A stretch of 64,000 bases of DNA. Source: an uncultured Nitrospiraceae bacterium. Lineage in GTDB: Bacteria > Nitrospirota > Nitrospiria > Nitrospirales > Nitrospiraceae. The DNA lies in the NCBI GenBank assembly GCA_963846575.1, contig CAWJWJ010000001.1:128001-192000 (forward strand). Direction: 5' to 3'. The notes under the pieces are model-generated. The model made no database searches, was not told where the DNA came from, and worked only from the letters and a program-made list of their open reading frames with translations. This document shows, one piece after another, positions 10,649 through 19,428 of the stretch; position 1 is the stretch's first letter, and each line of letters starts with the position of its first letter. The translations under genes were made by a program, and so were the position numbers.

Positions 10649-11215
10649 ATGAATCGGCCGATCACCCCGTCGACCCTCTGGACCATCGGCCACTCGACTC
10701 GTTCCAGCGAGGAATTTCTTGCCCTGTTAACAGCCCAGGAGAGCTCACGGTTGGTCGATGTGCGGCGTTTTCCGGGATCGCGACGATACCCGCACTTCCA
10801 CTCCGACGCGCTGGCGGAGAGTCTGACCGACGCAGGGATCGAGTATCGACACCTGCCGACTTTGGGTGGCCGGCGAACGGCCAGGCGGGACTCACCGAAT
10901 GACGGATGGAAGAATGCCGGCTTTCGCGGCTATGCCGACTACATGGAAACGGAAGAATTCCAGGCCGCCCTTCGCGAACTCATCACTCTGGCTTCCGGAT
11001 CGCGAACGGTCATCATGTGCGCAGAAGCGGTGCCGTGGCGTTGTCATCGATCGCTGGTGGCAGACGCCCTCGTCACACGCGGGTGGGAGATCGTTCATAT
11101 CATGGGGCCGGGACAGGTCCACCACCACCGCCTCACGGCCTTTGCCGTGCTGCAGGGGGAGCGGCTGCGCTATCCCGCGCCTCCCGACCAGGAAGTTCCA
11201 CCCCGTCTGTTCTGA
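10649..11215 (+). CDS. DUF488 family protein
   Basis: TIGHSTR, LVDVRRFPGSR, FRGYADYM, MCAEAVPWRCHRSLVADAL. Confidence 0.9.
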   Translation: MNRPITPSTLWTIGHSTRSSEEFLALLTAQESSRLVDVRRFPGSRRYPHFHSDALAESLTDAGIEYRHLPTLGGRRTARRDSPNDGWKNAGFRGYADYMETEEFQAALRELITLASGSRTVIMCAEAVPWRCHRSLVADALVTRGWEIVHIMGPGQVHHHRLTAFAVLQGERLRYPAPPDQEVPPRLF

Positions 11216-11265
11216 TTCGAACGCTTCGATTGCTTTCATGCCTGCGGCTCTGCAAACTGACAGCG

Positions 11266-11640
11266 ATGTGGAATCGACTGGGCGCTGATGTTGTCGTGCT
11301 GCTCCACGTGGCGTTCGTGTTGTTCGTCGTCGCCGGAGGCCTGTTGGTTCTGAAATGGCCGCGACTGGTCTGGCTGCACCTTCCGGCTGCGGCCTGGGGA
11401 GCGTTCGTCGAATTTACCGGCTGGATCTGTCCGCTCACCCCCCTGGAAAACCTGCTGCGAACCCGGGCCGGCGGCGACGCCTACGACTCCGACTTCATCG
11501 CGCGGTACATTCTGCCTCTGCTCTATCCGGCTGAACTGACGAGGGGGACACAACTGATGCTTGGGATGATCGTGGTCGGCGTCAATGTCCTGGCCTACGG
11601 CTGGGTATGGCGGCAGCAGGCGGGGCGGAGCCGTGGTTAG
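11266..11640 (+). CDS. DUF2784 family membrane protein
   Basis: LLHVAFVLFVVAGG...HLP...W...CPLTPLEN...LLYP motif. Confidence 0.85.
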   Translation: MWNRLGADVVVLLHVAFVLFVVAGGLLVLKWPRLVWLHLPAAAWGAFVEFTGWICPLTPLENLLRTRAGGDAYDSDFIARYILPLLYPAELTRGTQLMLGMIVVGVNVLAYGWVWRQQAGRSRG

Positions 11641-11673
11641 GGTTCCGTCTTGATTCGGCGGGGCCCAGGGCAG

Positions 11674-12987
11674 TCAGGCCGCCTGCGAGGTCTTCGCGAC
11701 ATCCTGGGCCAGACGCACTTCCCTCAGACCGGTTTGGATGAACGAAAGATTCACCACCCAGGCTACGAAACCCAGAATAATGTACTTCATGAAGAAGGGC
11801 AGATAGAACGGCGCATTCCAAGCCATGTGGAGGGACATGGCCAACAGGAAGATCCGAACGAATTGTGGATCCCGCAGGACCTCGATGTTGAACGCCCGAT
11901 CGCCCCGCGCCCGCCAGAGTGCCGCCCCCACCATGGAGGTCCATACGACATGGAGGCCTAACATGCTGAGCAGGCCCCGCAGCGTAATGGTGTGCAACAT
12001 CGCCGACTGGCCATTACTCAGCTCGATCAACAGTGCAAATCCTGCCGACTCGAAGGCCGAAAATCCCGTCCCCACGGCTGCACCGAACAGCAATCCGTTC
12101 AGGGTCCAACGGTATTTTGTTTTGTTGATGACGAGAAACAACGCCGCTGCCTTGCCGACCTCCTCGATGATTCCCGCGGCCATGGCCCCCAGCCAGGCTC
12201 CCAGCTCCGTCCACTGAAATAGAAACAGCGAGAGCAGCAGCGACGTCACTCCCCCGAGCAGGACGAGTTTCACGACCTGGTAGAGGGACACGTTCCGCAG
12301 GACGTTCATTTCGAAAAAGAAGATCAGAAGGGAAACCGGGATCAGAAACGTGCCCGTGATGATCAGCCCCGGAAGGAGTTTCGGGTTATGAAACTGCTGG
12401 AACGCAAACACAAAACACACGTACACCAGGACCGAGAAGGTAAAGGTCTTGAAGAACACCCACGGTTTGGGCCAATTGGTGTTGACAGACGATAAGGGGG
12501 GCGTCGTGGAGGGAGTCCCCACGGTAAAGTGTTCTTCTACATGCTCGTCGGACCGGGAATGAAAGACCTCGGAGAACATCTCCCGCGCGTTGAAACCCTG
12601 GATCCGCTCCACTCCCGCCACTGAACTGATGCGACCGGTAATGTCTTCCAACCAACCTTCTGCCGGGGTGCTGGCAGCGGCTACACCGAGGTGCCACAGC
12701 GACCGGCCGATACGCAGCTGCTGTCCCGGCAGGATGCCGACTTCCTGCGTGCGTTGCCCATCGACGAAAAGCGCGGCATCCCCGATGGTTCTGCACAGGG
12801 GTCTTCCCCCCTGCAACTGGAAGAGGACATGCCGGTCGTTGACGTCCTGGTCATCGCTGAGGAGATCGCAGTGGACCGACCGGCCCAACGTGGATTCGGC
12901 TTCTCTCAAAACCAGGCGCTTGCCCTGATCAGGCCCAGAAAAGCAGGTGAGGATGATTGGGCCTGGAGCGGGACGAGTCTGGTCCAT
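11674..12987 (-). CDS. FHA-like domain fused to PrsW-family glutamic intramembrane protease
   Basis: N-terminal GPDQG...LGRS...RH...VDG...LRIG FHA-like fold; C-terminal transmembrane domain with IIEEVGK, GFSAFESAG, H-VVW and LHMAWN PrsW motifs. Confidence 0.85.
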   Translation of the reverse strand: MDQTRPAPGPIILTCFSGPDQGKRLVLREAESTLGRSVHCDLLSDDQDVNDRHVLFQLQGGRPLCRTIGDAALFVDGQRTQEVGILPGQQLRIGRSLWHLGVAAASTPAEGWLEDITGRISSVAGVERIQGFNAREMFSEVFHSRSDEHVEEHFTVGTPSTTPPLSSVNTNWPKPWVFFKTFTFSVLVYVCFVFAFQQFHNPKLLPGLIITGTFLIPVSLLIFFFEMNVLRNVSLYQVVKLVLLGGVTSLLLSLFLFQWTELGAWLGAMAAGIIEEVGKAAALFLVINKTKYRWTLNGLLFGAAVGTGFSAFESAGFALLIELSNGQSAMLHTITLRGLLSMLGLHVVWTSMVGAALWRARGDRAFNIEVLRDPQFVRIFLLAMSLHMAWNAPFYLPFFMKYIILGFVAWVVNLSFIQTGLREVRLAQDVAKTSQAA

Positions 12988-13354
12988 GGCAACCCTCTCA
13001 GGGTTAGGGAACCGATAGCAGTTAACAGCCACAGAACTGAGTAAGGCAGGCTAGTGTCCTTTTCTGAGACAGGCTCTGTCAAGTTCTCCGCCCGCTGGGC
13101 CGGATGAAGGGTGACATCATCGAGACCGATGACCTCGCTGCGGTAGCTGACAGCGACTCTTTGCCAGTGGCCGGAGCAGCCCCCCCGTGCGCCGGCCACC
13201 CCCCTCGCACCATCCCTGACACAATGGGGCCGGTCGCAAGACCATTACCCTCTCGACACCGTAGTTTTGAACCATTAGCGCCACGGACATCCATTCCGAT
13301 ATAGTCAGCCCACCGACCGAGGCCGTCGGCACCTTTTAACGGAGCAGGACCGCC

Positions 13355-14740
13355 GTGGGCACTCAATCCCGACCAATGACAGTTCGTGCAGGCGTAGTAG
13401 CCCTCGTCGCGGTTGGGATTCTCGGCCTCGCAGGCCTCGTCTGGTTTGCCGATCGATACGATGACCGGCCCCGCCAGGCGGTTGACTTGACGGTCTTTGC
13501 GGAAGACGCGTATCCCGAGAATCCTGAGCTTATAAGCCAGGCCTTCGGAAAGTATCCCCATCGCCAGTTGATCATCCAGCAACTCGGAGACAGTCGCTTC
13601 CGCCTCCTCCTGCAGCCTGCGGCACCCCAGGCTGCCGCCGTCGACCTGACCGATATCGACCTGGCGCATTTCGTCGCGGCAGTGCCCGCCTATACGAAGG
13701 CCGATGCGGATCTGACCCGGGTGGGATTGATCGACCGTGAGTGGAACCGTCAGCAAGTTCGTTTTGCGCGGCACTCCCCTCACGTGCACGTGCGCAAGGG
13801 AGGCGACGGGTTCGAGCAACGAGCACTGAGCCGCATCGACCTTGCCCGTAACTGCCTGAACGCCGGTTTATGGGAAGTGATACTCTTCACCACGGAAGCG
13901 GGCGAGGAGCGGGTTTATGAACATCTCTGGTTCACGTTCCCGTTGGGGCTGTACAAGATGCTCTTCGAACGCGTGAACGGCCTGTCCTACTGGTCACACT
14001 GGTGGTCGCTCGAGCATTGGACCGATCCGTCGGGCACGCGGATCCCGATGGACCGGATTCGGACGGTCGAACGGCAATGGCTGGTTCACGCTAAACCAGG
14101 CTGGGACGAGCCTGTCGCAATGCAGGGAGAGCAAGCCCGGAAGCAGAAGAACATTCTGACGCCCATCCCCGAGACCTACCGGGACTGGTATAGCCGGCCG
14201 GTGCGGTTCGCCAGCTTCATTCCGCCGGGACGGTATTCCCGGGCACACCTCCGCGATACCGAACTGCACTACCTCGCCGATCTGGCTGGTGCGACCCTGC
14301 GGCAGGTGACCGTCGTCGAAAACCCCCGCCCTCTCCTGGAGATTGACCTCGCCTTTCGCAGCAGCAAGACCGGTGAAGCGACCCGGCTCATCCTTGGCGG
14401 ACTCGATGGGTCTGCCATTCCGGTGTTGCCATCAGCCCATTACGATCGTGGGTGGCAGGTCCCCCTTGGGATCGGTAATCCCGGATTCTTTGAGTCCTAC
14501 GAACAGCTGGCCGCCCATCCTCCCGTCGAACGAAGTTTCTACGGATTCCATTTAGATAGAGAAGACCGTTGGCTGAATCACCATGCCATCGGCGTCGACG
14601 GGCCGCTCTTGCATTGGGACGCCGATAATCCCTCGCTGCTCCATCTCTATCTTCTGAGTTACGAACGTCATGCGCTCTTGAACCACATCGTCCTCACAAT
14701 GCCGCCGGATCTCGTGAATCCCTCCGCTCGCATTCACTGA
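13355..14740 (+). CDS. Hypothetical membrane-anchored/exported protein
   Basis: 461 aa ORF with N-terminal hydrophobic anchor and a Trp/His-rich globular domain; family not recognised. Confidence 0.8.
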   Translation: MGTQSRPMTVRAGVVALVAVGILGLAGLVWFADRYDDRPRQAVDLTVFAEDAYPENPELISQAFGKYPHRQLIIQQLGDSRFRLLLQPAAPQAAAVDLTDIDLAHFVAAVPAYTKADADLTRVGLIDREWNRQQVRFARHSPHVHVRKGGDGFEQRALSRIDLARNCLNAGLWEVILFTTEAGEERVYEHLWFTFPLGLYKMLFERVNGLSYWSHWWSLEHWTDPSGTRIPMDRIRTVERQWLVHAKPGWDEPVAMQGEQARKQKNILTPIPETYRDWYSRPVRFASFIPPGRYSRAHLRDTELHYLADLAGATLRQVTVVENPRPLLEIDLAFRSSKTGEATRLILGGLDGSAIPVLPSAHYDRGWQVPLGIGNPGFFESYEQLAAHPPVERSFYGFHLDREDRWLNHHAIGVDGPLLHWDADNPSLLHLYLLSYERHALLNHIVLTMPPDLVNPSARIH

Positions 14741-14803
14741 AGTCAGGGATCGGACGGACATCGCGCGCATCCCTCGCCTGCCCGTAAACTCGGGCACAAG
14801 ATC

Positions 14804-15664
14804 TTAAACCGAGTTCGTGACCGGACGATTCACGAAGGCCGTAATGTGGTCCGCTACCGCCTGGGGTTGGTCAAACATCACGAAATGCCGCGCATCTTTA
14901 ATGCGGATCAGTTCCGCTTGCGGGATGTCCCGTGCCAGCCGCTCCCCGAACCGCACGGCTTGGAACCCATCATCTTCTCCCCAGAGGACCCGAGTCGGGA
15001 TACGCAGCCGGGGAAGGAGCGGGGTGAGTTCGGTCGTCAAATTGGTGTTCAAGGAGGCTGCATTGCGAATCAGCGAGAGTTTCCCGACTTCAGTCCGGTA
15101 GGGAGCCAGGAGCCCGGACATCAGTTCGTCATCAGGAGATGAGTGGAAGCCCTGCTTCAAGGCCTGCCCCAAGAGCGTGAGTAAAGTTGACGCGGCCAGT
15201 TTGCGGCGCGTCTCGGGATGTCCCATCTGCAACATGGCCTCTATGGGCCAGGAGTCGTAACAGACGTTATTGAGGAGGCAGAGTTTCGAAACCCGCTCGG
15301 GCGAGCCGGTGGCGAGTCGCAGAGCGACGCCGCCCCCGATATCGTGGGCGATCACAGTGGCGGAGGCAATACCCATGGCGTCCATCCATTGCTCCAGCAT
15401 GCAGGCCTGCGCATGAATCGAGCGGTCGAAGCGGTCTCCCTTGTCGGAGAATCCGAAGCCCACGAGATCCGGGACGAGAACCCGGTGCTGAGGGGACAAC
15501 ACTGGCAATAACCGGTGCCAAAGATAGCCCCAGGTGGGAATACCATGGATCAGGATGATCGGCTCCCCCCTGCCCTGATCTACGTAGCTGACAAAGCGGT
15601 CGCCGATTTCCGTCACACGCTGCAGCGCCTGAAAGGTGCGCCACGGTATAAATCCGCCGAGCAT
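14804..15664 (-). CDS. Alpha/beta-fold hydrolase (epoxide hydrolase/dehalogenase clan, Asp nucleophile)
   Basis: LIHGIP, PDLVGFGFS, AHDIGG, WGEDD, ARHF; its ATG overlaps the upstream stop (TGATG). Confidence 0.88.
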   Translation of the reverse strand: MLGGFIPWRTFQALQRVTEIGDRFVSYVDQGRGEPIILIHGIPTWGYLWHRLLPVLSPQHRVLVPDLVGFGFSDKGDRFDRSIHAQACMLEQWMDAMGIASATVIAHDIGGGVALRLATGSPERVSKLCLLNNVCYDSWPIEAMLQMGHPETRRKLAASTLLTLLGQALKQGFHSSPDDELMSGLLAPYRTEVGKLSLIRNAASLNTNLTTELTPLLPRLRIPTRVLWGEDDGFQAVRFGERLARDIPQAELIRIKDARHFVMFDQPQAVADHITAFVNRPVTNSV

Positions 15665-16551
15665 CACGCACCTCCTATCGGAAATGGTGAACGCCGGAGG
15701 AGATCCGGCGGTTGCCAATCCAGTCCCATCAAGGCCACGTTGAGCAGAAGCGGGGGCAAGAGCCGTTCGAATCCGGTCGTCTTCTCCTTCACCTCAGCCG
15801 CCGATTCGACCTCGTCATCGAACTTCGTATGTAAGAGCCTCACCGGACAGGGAAGGGAGCGGGCCAGTTCTCCGGAGTAACGTTGAATCTCGAGAGCGGC
15901 ACTCCGGTAGGACGGTTGTTCGCTGCATGGTTTCAACTGCTGCCATACCATGGCCAGATAGTCCGGCCACAGCGCGAAGGTCCGGTAGTCACTATTGATC
16001 GAAGCCAGCGCGTAGTGTGTCGTGATCTCTCCGAAGACGGTGTTAATTCTGTCATCGTCCGGCTCATCCGTGACCATCTCCATCGGATACATGCCTGGTG
16101 GCTGCCCCCGTGGAATCGAGTTCTCGTCCCCGTCCGGTCGCACACTGCCATCAAATGGCATCTGACCTTCCAGGGCCAGCCGCAACGCCGACGTCAGGAG
16201 CAGGAGCTTGGGATTGATGTAGTGATAGAGCAGGAGGGCCTGTTCGATCTGATAGGCCTGACTCGGTCCGAGGGCGACCCTCGATGGCACGTCGAGCCGC
16301 GTCATGGACGAGGCCAGCTCGACGGTCCGTTCCCGCAGCTGATCAGCCGCTTGCTCAAACGTCCGGCTGCTAACCGCCGGTCTGAGGGCTTTCCACATGA
16401 CAGGCAATGCGTTGGTATAACCCGCCCAGGTTCGAAAGATGAGATTGACCCCCGTCACACGCAAAGTTTGACGAATGTCGTGGTACAGGTCGTCGATCTC
16501 ATCGGAGGCATCATGTTCGGCAATCACGCGCCTACCCCCGAAGTTCAGCAT
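15664..16551 (-). CDS. DehI-family (group I haloacid dehalogenase-like) protein
   Basis: Two-fold internal repeat: IRQTLRVTGVNLIFRTWA / ITTHYALASINSDYRTFALWPDYL; YHYINPKLLL. Confidence 0.75.
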   Translation of the reverse strand: MLNFGGRRVIAEHDASDEIDDLYHDIRQTLRVTGVNLIFRTWAGYTNALPVMWKALRPAVSSRTFEQAADQLRERTVELASSMTRLDVPSRVALGPSQAYQIEQALLLYHYINPKLLLLTSALRLALEGQMPFDGSVRPDGDENSIPRGQPPGMYPMEMVTDEPDDDRINTVFGEITTHYALASINSDYRTFALWPDYLAMVWQQLKPCSEQPSYRSAALEIQRYSGELARSLPCPVRLLHTKFDDEVESAAEVKEKTTGFERLLPPLLLNVALMGLDWQPPDLLRRSPFPIGGA

Positions 16552-16958
16552 GGACAGCTCCTTTCAAACCCCTATCGAGACAGACAGGATGTAGCCTGTT
16601 GTTCCAGTGGGAAAACCAGAAAGGAGCAAAACATGTACCGGGACGCTAGATTTGGAAGGGCGCGGAAGGTTTGAGGAGAATTTACGCGGGCGCACCCTCT
16701 GTCTCTTCTTCGGGACAAACTGTCCCCGATGGCACAGCCTGTCGGGGATCTGCCTTGTGTCCCGGCACCTCAGATTGCCGTGTTACAAAAGAGTTGGCTC
16801 CCTCACTCTTCATCGGACGATGACGCGACGCAAGTCGGTGCGGCCATCGTATGATTCCATTATCCGGTTCGCCTACTACAAAAACGAGATTGACCTTTAT
16901 GAGAATGATCGGTGCATAATTGTGCCCCGGCGGAGTATCACAACGGGTGAGGAAGACC

Positions 16959-18146
16959 ATGGCAACAGAAGACATCACGCAGAAAGTCAGTGACCGATAT
17001 GCCAGGGCGGCGGCGACGGGCGAACAGATGTGCTGCCCCACTGGATACGACTTTACCGACCTCAAATCCTTTGTCCCGGAAGAAGTCCTCACGATCTCCT
17101 ACGGGTGCGGAACTCCTGCCGGCCTGAACACCGTTCAACCTGGAGAAACCGTCCTGGACATCGGTTCCGGCGGTGGCATCGATTGCTTCGAAGCTGCTCG
17201 TCGCGTGGGCCCGACCGGCAGGGTGATCGGGATCGACATGACCGAGACCATGTTAGAGATCGCCCGGCGCAATGCTCCCATCGTCGCCGCGAACTTAGGG
17301 TATGAGGCCTCGAATATCGAGTTCCGCAAAGGCCTGGCCGATGCCATGCCGGTCGAGGATGCGAGCATCGACCTGATCATTTCCAATTGCGTGATCAATC
17401 TGGCACCCGACAAGCGCAAGGTGTTCCGTGACATGTTTCGCGTCCTCAAAACGGGGGGACGGTTTACGATTTCGGACATCGTGGCTGATCAGGTTGTCCC
17501 GCAGTATCTGGTGAACGATTCAGCCAAATGGGGCGATTGCCTCTCCGGCGCTTTGCAAGTCCAGGACTACATCGGCGGGATGGTGGATGCCGGCTTCCAC
17601 GCCGTGCATCAAGTGAAGTCTACGCCCTGGCAATCGATCGACGGCATCCATTTCCTATCGGTCACGCTCACTGGCTACAAGTTCGCCCCCCTCTCCGACC
17701 ATGAGGCGCCGCTCTATGCCACCCTGCGCGGGCCCTTTTCCGCAGCGACCGATGAACTGGGTCAGCAGTATCGACGGGGCGTTCCGCAATCCATCGATGC
17801 CCGCACTGCCCAACTCTTGCAGAGCCCGCCGCTTCAATCACTGTTCATCATTACCTCCACGCCGACCCCCCTCGAACCGACGGATCCGCGCTGGTGCGCC
17901 CTGTTGCCGGAGGCCACACCCTGCGTCTGGAGGGGGGACTATGCCATTCTCACCGGTCCGATCATCCAGGCGGAAGACGACGATCACCACCAGTACTACC
18001 GCGGAGTCCCGCTCGAAGTCTGTGGGAAAACCACCCACGTTCTGACGCAAGACGCCTATCGGTCCCACTTCACGATCTATAATCGGGCGTCTACGGGCGT
18101 GACCGGCAGCGAAGTCATGTGCGGCCCCACCGGCAACTGTTGCTGA
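16959..18146 (+). CDS. arsM: Arsenite methyltransferase-like protein with C-terminal extension (ArsS-associated)
   Basis: MCC, SYGCG, VLDIGSGGG, ISNCVINL, WGDCLSGA; ~130 aa C-terminal extension ending GNCC; adjacent to arsS. Confidence 0.8.
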   Translation: MATEDITQKVSDRYARAAATGEQMCCPTGYDFTDLKSFVPEEVLTISYGCGTPAGLNTVQPGETVLDIGSGGGIDCFEAARRVGPTGRVIGIDMTETMLEIARRNAPIVAANLGYEASNIEFRKGLADAMPVEDASIDLIISNCVINLAPDKRKVFRDMFRVLKTGGRFTISDIVADQVVPQYLVNDSAKWGDCLSGALQVQDYIGGMVDAGFHAVHQVKSTPWQSIDGIHFLSVTLTGYKFAPLSDHEAPLYATLRGPFSAATDELGQQYRRGVPQSIDARTAQLLQSPPLQSLFIITSTPTPLEPTDPRWCALLPEATPCVWRGDYAILTGPIIQAEDDDHHQYYRGVPLEVCGKTTHVLTQDAYRSHFTIYNRASTGVTGSEVMCGPTGNCC

Positions 18147-18177
18147 TACTGCAGGGGAAGAGGAAAGGATCGATCCG

Positions 18178-19215
18178 ATGGGCCTAAGTTTGCTCGCTCG
18201 ACGGGACCCGCTCGCCGCGCCTTCTGAACAAGTGAGGCTGCTGGCAACGACGACGGCTTGTGCGCCATTCGAATCACGGCTCACGCAAGCGGGACTGGCT
18301 CCGCTGACGGCAACCGGCATCACGACGCTCCAGGTCAATGTCGGAAAACTCTGCAATCAGACCTGCCGGCACTGTCATGTGGATGCCGGGCCCGATCGAA
18401 CTGAAGTGATGTCGAAAGAGACGATCGACTTGTGCCTGCATGCCCTCGCTCGTACGGATATTCCCACGGTGGACATTACGGGTGGCGCTCCCGAACTCAA
18501 TCCGCATTTCCGTTGGCTCGTCGAACAGGCCCGCGCGTTAGGGCGCCATGTCCTGGATCGGTGCAATCTTTCGGTACTCCTGCTTCCCTCTCAACAGGAC
18601 CTGGGGGAGTTTCTGGCCCGGCACCATGTGGAGGTCGTTGCGTCCCTGCCCTCGTATCAGGCGTCTCAAACCGACGCGCAGCGTGGGGAGGGAGTCTTTC
18701 ACAAATCGATGGAGGCTCTCCGGCTGTTAAACGAGCTCGGCTACGGCAAGGAAGGAACGGGGCTCGCGCTGAATTTGGTGTTCAACCCGGTCGGCGCGTT
18801 CCTTCCTCCCAAACAGGCCGGCATTGAGGCGCAGTTTCGAAAGGAGTTGGCAACCCGTCACGGGGTCAGCTTCACCCACCTGTACACTATTACCAACATG
18901 CCGATCAGCCGGTTCCTTGAGTTTCTCATGGAGAGCGGCAATTACGAAGGTTACATGGAACGGCTTGCGAATGCCTTTAATCCGTCGGCGGCGACAGGGG
19001 TGATGTGCCGCTATACGCTGTCGGTCGGATGGGACGGCAGGCTGTACGATTGCGATTTTAATCAGATGCTGGAGCTGCCGGTCTCGCAAGGGACGCCAGG
19101 CCACATTCGAGACTTCGACCCCGAAGGATTAACGCACCGCCGGATCGCGACTGGAAACCACTGTTACGGCTGCACCGCTGGTTCCGGCTCCTCCTGCGGT
19201 GGGGCCGTGACCTAA
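18178..19215 (+). CDS. arsS: Arsenosugar biosynthesis radical SAM protein ArsS
   Basis: LQVNVGKLCNQTCRHCHVDAGP, DITGGAPEL, LYDCDFNQML, C-terminal HCYGCTAGSGSSCGG. Confidence 0.9.
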   Translation: MGLSLLARRDPLAAPSEQVRLLATTTACAPFESRLTQAGLAPLTATGITTLQVNVGKLCNQTCRHCHVDAGPDRTEVMSKETIDLCLHALARTDIPTVDITGGAPELNPHFRWLVEQARALGRHVLDRCNLSVLLLPSQQDLGEFLARHHVEVVASLPSYQASQTDAQRGEGVFHKSMEALRLLNELGYGKEGTGLALNLVFNPVGAFLPPKQAGIEAQFRKELATRHGVSFTHLYTITNMPISRFLEFLMESGNYEGYMERLANAFNPSAATGVMCRYTLSVGWDGRLYDCDFNQMLELPVSQGTPGHIRDFDPEGLTHRRIATGNHCYGCTAGSGSSCGGAVT

Positions 19216-19428
19216 ACTCAGTCCGAAAAGACCCCCACCCCACATTTCGCCGCCACACGTCCTCCAGGACCTCGCGCTCTCGCGGCCAGAACGGCCCGCT
19301 TCCCTCGCGGGCAGTCGGTGTCCGACCGACATCTCGACAACGCTGCAGGAGGAGCAATACTAGTCACGGATGCCGCCCGGCAGGACTGTCCACGTGCCAA
19401 TGTGAGATGGACCGGGGTGGGCGACGAT

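Noticed and set aside
18144..19215. Selenocysteine readthrough at the CC-TGA end of arsM, or in ArsS
   Set aside because: Readthrough would run out of frame into arsS, and no SECIS-like hairpin is evident; ArsS has Cys codons at its C-terminal motif.
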